From a bacterium (lineage in GTDB: Bacteria; Patescibacteriota; Minisyncoccia; UBA6257; GWB1-50-10), in the NCBI GenBank assembly GCA_021814545.1, contig JAKAID010000002.1, positions 7,009 through 71,008 of the forward strand: DNA of 64,000 nt. Direction: 5' to 3'. Below are positions 10,109-17,824 of the stretch, one piece after another. The notes under the pieces were generated by a model. It was not told the DNA's origin and made no database searches. It worked only from the letters and a program-made list of their open reading frames with translations. A program made the position numbers and the translations under genes. Each line of letters starts with the position of its first letter. Positions within the stretch are counted from its first letter, which is position 1.

Positions 10109-10578
10109 AATGTGCTCGTTGCGATGGTAACAGTATCGCCTACTTCGATGCCATACGCCTTTACCCGTCCTGCGGGCAATTCAAGCACGTAATCATCAAA
10201 AGTGCTCGGGAAAAATGTTTTGAGGTCGGTGTCGTCAACATTGGGTTGCGGGAGCGCCCACTCTTTTATGCTTACTACCCCGCCATCAGCTATCCAGATG
10301 ATATCGATAGGGAATTTCATCCCTTTCATCCAAATGCCGTGAATGCCGGCGTTATCAAATACAAAAAGCATCCCGCGATTCACCCCAAGTTTTACGCGCC
10401 CGGCCAAACCGCGCTCCATGTCCGCTTCGGCGCTCGCCACATCAGCAGAAATAATATGACCGCGAATGGTCACATTCGTACGGGGCAGCTTTTTCTGACC
10501 CTCAAGCGCAACGAATGTCGTCGCAAGACCCGCGATGATAAGACCCGCATATACGGCACGCAACGTACGCTCTCTCAT
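10105..10578 (-). CDS. DUF192-family protein
   Basis: GL...GMLFVF...WMKGMKFPIDIIW...VLELPAG; N-terminal TM segment. Confidence 0.82.
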   Translation of the reverse strand: MRERTLRAVYAGLIIAGLATTFVALEGQKKLPRTNVTIRGHIISADVASAEADMERGLAGRVKLGVNRGMLFVFDNAGIHGIWMKGMKFPIDIIWIADGGVVSIKEWALPQPNVDDTDLKTFFPSTFDDYVLELPAGRVKAYGIEVGDTVTIATSTL

Positions 10579-10594
10579 ATGCATCTTGAGTATA

Positions 10595-11065
10595 TCAGTA
10601 CTGAATACCATAGGCGACCACGCCGAACGCCACGGACACATTGAGCGATTCTTTCCCTCCACGCATGGGTATTTCCACTATCTCATCGGCACGGGCGAGG
10701 ATGCGCTTCGGCAGTCCTTCGACCTCGTTCCCCATGACAAGTACGAACTTCCCCTTTTTCTTGCGCAACGCGGCGTACGGGCGCGCACGCGGCGCCTGCT
10801 CTACCGCCACAACAAAATACCCCTCTTTCTTTAATGCGCGAAGCGCGAGCGCGGTCGTTCGTTTATATTCCCACGGAACGAAATGCTCCGCGCCGAGGGC
10901 GACCTTCGCGAACTCAGGGCGCACGCGCCCGAATCTGTCGACCGGGACTGGGGTAATGCCGCAGAGTAATATCTTTTTTATACCCGCACCATCTGCGGTG
11001 CGGAATATCGAGCCGACATTATGCACGCTCCGCACATTGTGAAGCACGACCGCAATATCTTTCAT
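10595..11065 (-). CDS. TrmH/SpoU-family RNA methyltransferase
   Basis: NVRSVHNVGSIFRTAD, GNEVEG, IPMRG.KESLNVSVA. Confidence 0.9.
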   Translation of the reverse strand: MKDIAVVLHNVRSVHNVGSIFRTADGAGIKKILLCGITPVPVDRFGRVRPEFAKVALGAEHFVPWEYKRTTALALRALKKEGYFVVAVEQAPRARPYAALRKKKGKFVLVMGNEVEGLPKRILARADEIVEIPMRGGKESLNVSVAFGVVAYGIQY

Positions 11066-11092
11066 GAGAGTCATTTTAATCCTTGATGCCGC

Positions 11093-11131
11093 AAAATAAA
11101 AACCCCCGTACGCAGGATTGCGGTCGGGGGA
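11093..11131 (-). terminator. Intrinsic terminator closing the tRNA-like transcription unit
   Basis: CCCCCG...CGGGGG stem followed by a T-run on the minus strand. Confidence 0.7.
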
Positions 11132-11133
11132 AA

Positions 11134-11280
11134 GTGGCAAGGAGGGTTCGAACCCCCATCTCCTTCGCTTAACTTCAGGACGAACACGTTGGGCGGGAGA
11201 GCGGGAGCCGCACTCGTCGCATTATAGAAGCGTGTTCAAGAACCTGGCGCAAAGGGCTCTACCTATTGAGCTATTGCCGT
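11134..11280 (-). ncRNA. tRNA-like RNA B: canonical D and T arms, 82-nt structured insert in place of the anticodon loop
   Basis: GGCAA/TTGCC acceptor; TA-GCTC-AATAGGTA-GAGC D arm; CTTTG/CGAAG anticodon stem; GAGAT variable loop; GGGGG-TTCGAAC-CCTCC T arm. Confidence 0.75.
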
Positions 11281-11288
11281 ACAGGAAT

Positions 11289-11374
11289 TCGGGAGGGGGG
11301 AATTGAACCCCCAGCCTCGCCAGCTGCGGAAACTCACACAGGGGTGGCGCGCTCTGCCGTTGAGCTACTCCCGA
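11289..11374 (-). ncRNA. tRNA-like RNA A: complete cloverleaf, 22-nt hairpin extension in place of the anticodon loop
   Basis: TCGGGAG/CTCCCGA 7-bp acceptor; TA-GCTC-AACGGCA-GAGC; CGCCA/TGGCG; AGGCT; GGGGG-TTCAATT-CCCCC; no encoded CCA. Confidence 0.8.
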
Positions 11375-11398
11375 GTAACCCTTGTAAGAACTGGGCAA

Positions 11399-11427
11399 AG
11401 AATAACCGAATATTCAAAAAATGTCAA
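11399..11427 (-). promoter_or_regulatory. Sigma70-type promoter for the tRNA-like RNAs
   Basis: TTGACA-17 nt-TATTCT, about 25 nt upstream of RNA A. Confidence 0.75.
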
Positions 11428-11464
11428 TAAAAACCCCCGTACACGTTTCGAAGCGCACGGGGGC
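11428..11464 (-). terminator. Intrinsic terminator after the HNH gene
   Basis: CCCCCGT...ACGGGGG stem plus T-run abutting the next -35 box. Confidence 0.7.
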
Positions 11465-11466
11465 GT

Positions 11467-11904
11467 CTAAAATGGTGGTTCTTCAGAGGGGGGTGCCTCC
11501 CCCTTCTCCTCGTTCCGATTCTCGCGAAGGAGCCTGGGCTTTGAAATACCGTACGGCCCCGAAATGAGCGAGGTGTAATCCATAATCGCCTTCCGCGGTA
11601 CACGAAGCGCGCCGTGGTCGACTCTCCGATGGTGCGAGTTGCACGTCCATACGACCACGAACGGACAGCCGTAGTCCACGTGATGCGCATCGCCGAGCGG
11701 GAGTCGGTCGATTGGCGCATGGGGCCCCTCTCTTCCAAGAAGTTCTCGCACGCAGAAGTAGCAAGGCTGCCGCTTGATGCGGCAAGAACGGCCGCGCCTG
11801 AAGTTCGCCGGCGTATCGACATGCGCCCGAAAAAGCCTGGTTGCGCGGTCTCGATCTGCTTTACTCCATCGCTTCCCCTCTTTTGTCTTCCACTTATCGT
11901 TCAT
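11467..11904 (-). CDS. Phage-type HNH endonuclease-like protein (145 aa)
   Basis: PCYFC...AHHVDYGCPFVVVWTCNSHHRRVDH; start at the ATGA overlap 11901-11904. Confidence 0.68.
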   Translation of the reverse strand: MNDKWKTKEGKRWSKADRDRATRLFRAHVDTPANFRRGRSCRIKRQPCYFCVRELLGREGPHAPIDRLPLGDAHHVDYGCPFVVVWTCNSHHRRVDHGALRVPRKAIMDYTSLISGPYGISKPRLLRENRNEEKGEAPPSEEPPF

Positions 11905-12638
11905 GGGAAAAGCTCCTTCTGCACGAAGCGGAGAGAACCGCCGGCGCCCACACCGTGCGCATTCACGACGATACTTTTTGCGGGACGCTCCGTGCCGCAG
12001 CAAAGCCGGCACTTCACGCACTGCACGCCACACGTTTCGTAAGGGCAGCGTACCTCGCCAGGATGCACCGCGAAACTCGGAAGCTTCATCCGAAATGTGC
12101 GCCATCCCCTCCTACGCGCCTCGAGATACCCCTCGGTCGTCTCAACGCTCGCCATGAGAAGATGCCTGAAACGCTCATCGCAGGTGCGCCACGCGTGCGT
12201 ATACCCGGTCCAATTATCAACGCGCACGAGAAGCTCGTTCCACACATCGAACGGCACCGCCGCGGGGTCTCCGTACGAACCCACCCGCACCGGCTTTCCC
12301 GCAAGCGCGATACGCGCCTCGATGAGCGAAAGCGCACGATACCGTTCCATGTGCTGCCCGTGCAGCCACGCAAGATACGCCGCGTAGCAGACCCGCTTCG
12401 CGCCACGACCCGTAAGCGCGCAATCGCCGCACACATCGTGTTCGCGCGGAGTACCGAAATCAAGCGAAGGGTTCCTGCCCTGCGGGAGCACCGATATCTG
12501 GACCATCGGTCCCGTCTTCTCGTTCACCGACTTGAGGTCGATGCCGGTCATGACGACCTGCACAGGATTCCCCGTAAAAACGGAGGGTCCGCGCCAGACG
12601 ACAGCCGAGCGCCTGGTACTGATGCCTCTCTCACTCAT
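11901..12638 (-). CDS. Phage-like Cys-rich protein (DUF7227/Gp88-like)
   Basis: N.KTGPMVQ, VCGDC...CY, VRVGSYGDPAAVP, TGYTH.W, MASVE, CP...CVKCRLC; SD AAGGAG. Confidence 0.6.
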   Translation of the reverse strand: MSERGISTRRSAVVWRGPSVFTGNPVQVVMTGIDLKSVNEKTGPMVQISVLPQGRNPSLDFGTPREHDVCGDCALTGRGAKRVCYAAYLAWLHGQHMERYRALSLIEARIALAGKPVRVGSYGDPAAVPFDVWNELLVRVDNWTGYTHAWRTCDERFRHLLMASVETTEGYLEARRRGWRTFRMKLPSFAVHPGEVRCPYETCGVQCVKCRLCCGTERPAKSIVVNAHGVGAGGSLRFVQKELFP

Positions 12639-12712
12639 GCATGCTCCTTTTGTTAGTTGTCAAAGTACTCTCCCGTTATATCAGAGCGAACGATGAGAAG
12701 CAATTCTTAAAA

Positions 12713-12740
12713 ATAAAAACCCCGTGGGTTACCACGGGGT
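12713..12740 (-). terminator. Intrinsic terminator after paralog 1
   Basis: ACCCCGTGG...CCACGGGGT plus T-run. Confidence 0.7.
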
Positions 12741-12755
12741 ATGATGCACGGCCGT

Positions 12756-13475
12756 TCAGGCGGGCGCGTTGCACTTCCGCATCGACGTCATCCCGACGTT
12801 CCATGCGCGGCGGTTCCCCCAGTCGCTCATGACGCGAAGACCGAACGCGTCGAAATAGCCGACAAGGACGCGCTCGCCCCCCGCGGTGCTGTCCGCGCAG
12901 CGCGCGTAGAGCGGCTCGGCGAAAATGCGCTCGCCGGTAGCGAGGAAGTGGGTGATTGCGATGTAGATGGCGATACGTGCCGACGCGGAAACCTCGCCCG
13001 CGTCCAGCACATTGAGCTGCTCACTCACCACCTTCTCGGTAGACGAGGGCACAGACGCCTTGCGCACCAGACACCAGCGGGCAGACCCGCGCTCGTTCGC
13101 GAACGGCTCGTCCGCGAGGTGGAACGCCGGGAAGAACGCGCTTGGCTGCCCCTTGCGCATCTCGTTCACCGAGATTGCGGGGACGAGTGCAAGCACGTGC
13201 GTATCCTTACAGCGCTTCAGCACACGCGCCGAGAAGGGCACATCCTGGAGCCGCGCGCGCTCCGCGAAGGTGAGCTCGATGCCAAACCACTCGTACGCAT
13301 CGATGACATCGAGCATGTTCGGCCCCATGATCCTCTTCGCGCGAAGAAGCGAAATGAGACTGTCCGACGGTCCGAAGATGACCGGCTTCAGCACCGCGAA
13401 CAGAATGAAGAGGCTGGCCACCACAAGAACCGAAAAAACCGCGAGCAGCTTGAAGACCTCCTGATACTGCGCCAT
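12756..13475 (-). CDS. Membrane-anchored paralog 1 (putative CLec/FGE-like fold)
   Basis: N-terminal TM; AKRIMG, VPFS..VL..CKDTHVL, GERIF...YARC.D, VG.F...GL.V; SD GGAGG. Confidence 0.78.
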   Translation of the reverse strand: MAQYQEVFKLLAVFSVLVVASLFILFAVLKPVIFGPSDSLISLLRAKRIMGPNMLDVIDAYEWFGIELTFAERARLQDVPFSARVLKRCKDTHVLALVPAISVNEMRKGQPSAFFPAFHLADEPFANERGSARWCLVRKASVPSSTEKVVSEQLNVLDAGEVSASARIAIYIAITHFLATGERIFAEPLYARCADSTAGGERVLVGYFDAFGLRVMSDWGNRRAWNVGMTSMRKCNAPA

Positions 13476-13593
13476 ATGAACCTCCGAACGCTTCGAGAAA
13501 CCTGCTGTAAAAGAACGTTTTTAGTACAGCATAAATAATTTATTCAGTCAACAAAACCCCCCTCGCACGATTGGTGTGCAAGGGGGTGAATAA

Positions 13594-14274
13594 CTACCCT
13601 ACTTCGAGGTCGGGAACACGCTCGGACGCGAGTCCGAGGTCGCCGGAGAAATAACCCGCCCAGTACCTGCGGACCGAGAGTCCGCGGCCGTAACCGAACA
13701 TGCCGACCGCGAGGGTGTCCTGGCCAAGCGCGTCTCCGCAGCGGACGAACACCTGTTCGAAGAGCCGCTCGCCCACCTTGAGGTAGTGCGCGATCACGAG
13801 ATACGCGACCGTCCGCGCGAGCGGCACCTGCTCGCGCTCCGGAAGGTATGTGCGCTGCTCCGCCTCCGAAAGCCCCACCGTACCGCGCACGAACGCTCGC
13901 CGCACGAGGTGCCAGGAAGGCCGACCGAAAACGGCGGCGAAGTTCTCGTTCAGGAACCAGCTCGTGTTGTTGTCGAAGAGCTTGGGCTGAAAAGACCGGA
14001 GTGCGTTGATGGACAACGGAAGACACGCCACGAGGATGTGCGTGTCCTTGCAGGCTCTCAACGTCCGTGCCGAGAACGGCACGCGCGCGAGCGCCCCCGC
14101 CCACTCTTCCTTCGTCACAATGCTGAGCTCGACGAACGCGTGCTCGGGACCAAAGAAGTTGCGCCCCATGATCTTCTTTGCGCGTTGCACCGACCCCGGC
14201 CTGAAGTACTGCCAGAGCTGCGCGAGCGCGAGCGCGGCAAGCGCCGCCACGACGCAAACGACAATGAATCCCAT
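13594..14274 (-). CDS. Membrane-anchored paralog 2
   Basis: AKKIMGRNFFG, VPFSARTLRACKDTHILVA, GERLF..VFVRC.D; SD AGGAGG. Confidence 0.78.
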   Translation of the reverse strand: MGFIVVCVVAALAALALAQLWQYFRPGSVQRAKKIMGRNFFGPEHAFVELSIVTKEEWAGALARVPFSARTLRACKDTHILVACLPLSINALRSFQPKLFDNNTSWFLNENFAAVFGRPSWHLVRRAFVRGTVGLSEAEQRTYLPEREQVPLARTVAYLVIAHYLKVGERLFEQVFVRCGDALGQDTLAVGMFGYGRGLSVRRYWAGYFSGDLGLASERVPDLEVG

Positions 14275-14391
14275 GTGCACCTCCTAAAAAAGCGTGAACT
14301 TCATTTTGTTAATGAACAAAAATAATCTACCATTAATATGATTTTTGTCAATAAACACTCCCGCATGAATTTCATGCGGGAGCATTGCGAA

Positions 14392-15204
14392 CTACCCGTG
14401 CCGGCGAAGCAGAAGGTCCGGCTCCCGCTCAGTCGCAAGGCCGATGCGAGAATCCGCGACATCATCACGAACGCCGTAGAAGTGGACGGAACTGTGCGGG
14501 TCAAACTCGCCCACGCACACGCGCTCGCCCATGCGGTTGAAGGAGGAGCTCCGCACACAGTAGCCGCGGAACAGCCACTCGTCCGTGGCGAAAAAGTACC
14601 CCATGATGGCGTATGCGAGGATGCGCGCGGAAAGCATCCGCTCCCCCGCCTCGACGAACTTCCCCTGTTCGCGGAGCGTTCGCCCGCGCGAGGTGGCGAC
14701 CGGCTCCCGGCGAATGAGGTGCCACCCTATCTCCTCGCTTGCGCCGCGGTCCTTCAGAAAGGACTCGTGCAACCGCTCGGTGCGGTCGAGATCGAAGAAC
14801 GGTCCCGCCACGTAGAGGCTTCGATAGCTCGCCACGCGGTCCGCGACGAGCTCCTGTATATCCTTGAAGGAAACGGGAAGCACCGCGACGAGAACGTGCG
14901 TGTCCTTGCAGTCCTTCAGCGTGCCCCTTAAGAAGGGCACCCTCTTGAACACGCGCACGTAATCGTGGGAGAGCTTCTCTCCGAAAAAGCAGAACGCGGC
15001 GGGGACGCTGAAAAAATTCTGCCCCATAATTTTGCGCGCCTCGTTCCACGAAACTTCTCCCCTGCGGCGAAGCTGTATGAAGCGCGGCACGACATACCAC
15101 GCAAAAACGAACGCGGCGGGGAACAAGAGGAACACCGCAAAAACGAGCGCCTCCGCTCGAAGATACGCGGGGTTCGTGGTCGCCTGCCTTACCAGTGCAA
15201 ACAT
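14392..15204 (-). CDS. Membrane-anchored paralog 3
   Basis: ARKIMGQNFF, CKDTHVLVA, GWHLIR, IGLA; SD AAGGAGG before ATG 15204. Confidence 0.78.
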   Translation of the reverse strand: MFALVRQATTNPAYLRAEALVFAVFLLFPAAFVFAWYVVPRFIQLRRRGEVSWNEARKIMGQNFFSVPAAFCFFGEKLSHDYVRVFKRVPFLRGTLKDCKDTHVLVAVLPVSFKDIQELVADRVASYRSLYVAGPFFDLDRTERLHESFLKDRGASEEIGWHLIRREPVATSRGRTLREQGKFVEAGERMLSARILAYAIMGYFFATDEWLFRGYCVRSSSFNRMGERVCVGEFDPHSSVHFYGVRDDVADSRIGLATEREPDLLLRRHG

Positions 15205-15339
15205 ATGCATCCTCCTTGGGTGGTGAAGTGGGCTGCGTGTAGTGTTAAGGTACGCCTTCAGAAAACCACTTTCTTGGCCACCCGTCAATATAAAACAAAA
15301 CCCCGCGCAAATAGTACGCGGGGCAATAGGCAACACCGT

Positions 15340-16101
15340 TCACGGAAGCTCGGGGGGCTGCGCGAGTGCAACACCGAGGAGCAGATACTGCCCGTTATCA
15401 TCGAAGCCGCAGCGGATGCTGAACCCCCGTTCGCGCTCGAAGAGACCGAGGCAAACCCGCCCGTTCCCGGACCCCACGTCCGCGGTGCGCACGTAGCAGT
15501 CCTGGAACAAACGCCCGCCCCCCTTCAGAAAGTGGGCGATGACGACGTACGCGAGCACGCGCACGCAGGGCACGTACTCCTGTGGCGCAAGCGCGCGCTG
15601 GATGTCCCAGGGCTTGCCGCGCAACTCGTACGCGGACTCCTTCCGGATGAGATACCACCCCGGCCTCCCCCGCACGTGCGCGAACGGCTCCTTCCTGAAC
15701 CACTCCTCGTTGTAACCGTTGAAGCACTTGTTGATGAGGGGCACATAGAGGACCTCGGTCAGCAGCTCCGTAAGCGAAAGCGGGAGAACTGCCACGAGAA
15801 CGTGCGTGTCCTTGCACGCCTCAAGCGTACTCTTCTTGAAGGGAATGCACCGCAATGCTTCGCGCCACGACCGCGCGACCTTCTGCGGGATGAGGTCGTG
15901 GTGGAAGTAGCGGAACGCATCCCCTACTCCGAAAAAATTCTGCCCCATCACCATACTCGCTTCCTTGTGCGAAACGCGATTGCGGAGGCGACGGATGATG
16001 CCACCCGCAACGTCGCGCATGTCGGCGAGGCTGAAATACATGACGAACAAGAACGCGAAGAAGAAGATGAGCACGATGACTTCGATGAATCCTCTCTCCA
16101 T
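15340..16101 (-). CDS. Membrane-anchored paralog 4
   Basis: VMGQNFFG, CKDTHVLVA, GWYLIRK, YVRTAD; SD AAGGAG. Confidence 0.78.
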   Translation of the reverse strand: MERGFIEVIVLIFFFAFLFVMYFSLADMRDVAGGIIRRLRNRVSHKEASMVMGQNFFGVGDAFRYFHHDLIPQKVARSWREALRCIPFKKSTLEACKDTHVLVAVLPLSLTELLTEVLYVPLINKCFNGYNEEWFRKEPFAHVRGRPGWYLIRKESAYELRGKPWDIQRALAPQEYVPCVRVLAYVVIAHFLKGGGRLFQDCYVRTADVGSGNGRVCLGLFERERGFSIRCGFDDNGQYLLLGVALAQPPELP

Positions 16102-16225
16102 AACGCACTCCTTTCGGGAATAAGCGCATTGGTAGTTGTTAACGTACGCCATCAGTACACCACCGATGCGCTTTGATGTCAATAAAAAGCCCCCGTCGCA
16201 CAGATGCGCAGGGGCGGGATATGGG

Positions 16226-17035
16226 TTAGGCGAACCGCAAGTCCGGAAGCTGTTCGGCAGTGATGGAGGCAATCATGAGGCGGCTCTCATTGGGGTCGCC
16301 GGACGCAACCATGAGCCTGCTCACACCGAGGCCGGTCTTCTCGCCGAAACATCCGACCGCGACGTGCACGCCGCGCGAATCGGTGTCCGCACAGCGCACA
16401 TAGTCGTCCTTGAAGAGGCGTGCGCCGTCCGCATGCCGCGTGCGCAAGTAATGCGCAATGATGACGTAGACCATCACCCGCGCGCTAACCGGCACCTCGT
16501 CATCTTTGAGAAGTGCGAGCTGCGAAGACCACTTCTTGAACTCGGAATCCCTGATGGGCGCCGAGCGCACGAGGTGCCACCCGGCCACGCCCTTGTCGAG
16601 CGCGAACGGCTCGTGCTCGTACCACATGCCATCGCAGTCGTCACCATGCGTGTACGAAAAGAGCGAACGCGCCACCCCGCGCCGGATGTCGACGATCGAC
16701 ATCGCCGGCACCGCGAAGAGCATGTGCGTCTTCCTACAACGCTTCAGCGTCTCTTCGCTCCACGGGACTTCACCCATTGCGGAGAACACGTCGCCGTCCT
16801 CGTGATTCGGGTGTAGCCACAACCGTGTATCCGAAGGCCCGAAGTAGCGCGCGCCCATGATGGCGCGAGCGCGTTCGAGCGTGGCGCCCCTCTTCTTGCG
16901 CGGGCGGCGCGGGCTCGCATCGAGCGCGAGGAGTGCTGCGCAGCGGCTCGCAAAGCTCATAATCGCAAACGCGATAACCGCGACCACGAACGCAATACCG
17001 ATGCTCGCGCCAAGCGCGAGAAGCCGGTTTCCCAT
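16226..17035 (-). CDS. Membrane-anchored paralog 5
   Basis: ARAIMGARYFG, VPWS..TL..C..TH, GWHLVR, YVRCAD; SD GGAGG. Confidence 0.78.
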   Translation of the reverse strand: MGNRLLALGASIGIAFVVAVIAFAIMSFASRCAALLALDASPRRPRKKRGATLERARAIMGARYFGPSDTRLWLHPNHEDGDVFSAMGEVPWSEETLKRCRKTHMLFAVPAMSIVDIRRGVARSLFSYTHGDDCDGMWYEHEPFALDKGVAGWHLVRSAPIRDSEFKKWSSQLALLKDDEVPVSARVMVYVIIAHYLRTRHADGARLFKDDYVRCADTDSRGVHVAVGCFGEKTGLGVSRLMVASGDPNESRLMIASITAEQLPDLRFA

Positions 17036-17151
17036 GCATACCTCCGATGTAAGGGCTGTCCTGCCTTGTTTTCAACGAGCGTGTATCAGTACACCAAAAA
17101 TAAGCGCCGCCGTCAATAACAACGCCGCCCGAAGCACATTCGAGCGGCGTA

Positions 17152-17373
17152 TTAATACACGAAAATAAGTTCTCTGTTCGGCCCGTACACGGCGATATCC
17201 ATCTTGAGCATCTGCCCCCATTGCCGTATCGCGATATCGGCGTTGTCTGCGTCAAAGCCATACCCCGCGAGCAAGCGTCTCGCCTCTTCTTCGGTACACG
17301 CGATATCCGCAATTGCCCTTACGATCGCGGTTGCCTCTTGTAGAGTGAGCAGCGAAAACAGATCGAACTTCAT
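17152..17373 (-). CDS. Hypothetical protein (73 aa)
   Basis: MKFDLFSLLT...; TATACT upstream, hairpin downstream. Confidence 0.55.
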   Translation of the reverse strand: MKFDLFSLLTLQEATAIVRAIADIACTEEEARRLLAGYGFDADNADIAIRQWGQMLKMDIAVYGPNRELIFVY

Positions 17374-17483
17374 AGTTCGCCCCATTCTTTTATGAACAGT
17401 ATAAAAAACTATTGTTACTATACCACAAATAAGAAAACCCCCGGCACAAGATACGTGCCAGGGGTTTGTGAAACGATGCCCCG

Positions 17484-17702
17484 CTACCAGGAGCTCGGGG
17501 GGCGAGCCTCGATGCGCCGCGCCTCCGCCTCGCTGAACTCCTCGGCGACGAAAACGGCGCCGTCGGCGTACCACGCGCGCATGAGCGTCGTGGCCGTCGT
17601 GCCGGGCAGCGGACTCGCGGAGTCCGGCTCCTCGCCGAGCACCACCACGTTCTCGACGCCGAGGATCTTCCTCGCGTCGTTCAACGTCGTGACTCGCTTC
17701 AT
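17484..17702 (-). CDS. Hypothetical protein (72 aa)
   Basis: SD AAGGAG; TTGACT-17-TTTACT promoter; downstream terminator at 17431-17467. Confidence 0.6.
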   Translation of the reverse strand: MKRVTTLNDARKILGVENVVVLGEEPDSASPLPGTTATTLMRAWYADGAVFVAEEFSEAEARRIEARPPSSW

Positions 17703-17824
17703 TTCCTTCTCCTTTTTGTAGTGCCGCCATCGGCACCGTGAACTGCTTACAGTAAAGCATAATTCTCTCGTAAAGTCAAGAGATGCGCAAAACAAAAGCC
17801 CCAGTATTACTGGGGGGTACTCTG

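Noticed and set aside
11199-11210. 12-nt complementarity between the apex of RNA B and the paralog-3 mRNA (14419-14430), suggesting a guide RNA
   Set aside because: A GC-rich 12-mer match is expected by chance in 64 kb, and the other paralogs show no such match
11134-11374. Calling the two elements ordinary tRNAs, tmRNA or intron-containing tRNAs
   Set aside because: There is no 7-nt anticodon loop or U33, no tag ORF or tmRNA length, and the inserts are too short for self-splicing introns
14965-16176. Long plus-strand ORFs (for example 14965-16176, 37618-38970, 39208-40404)
   Set aside because: Antisense shadows of recognisable minus-strand genes in GC-rich DNA
12756-17035. An active DGR within the window
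   Set aside because: No reverse transcriptase, Avd or near-identical TR/VR pair; the paralog 3' ends differ at all base types, and the downstream hairpins look like terminators
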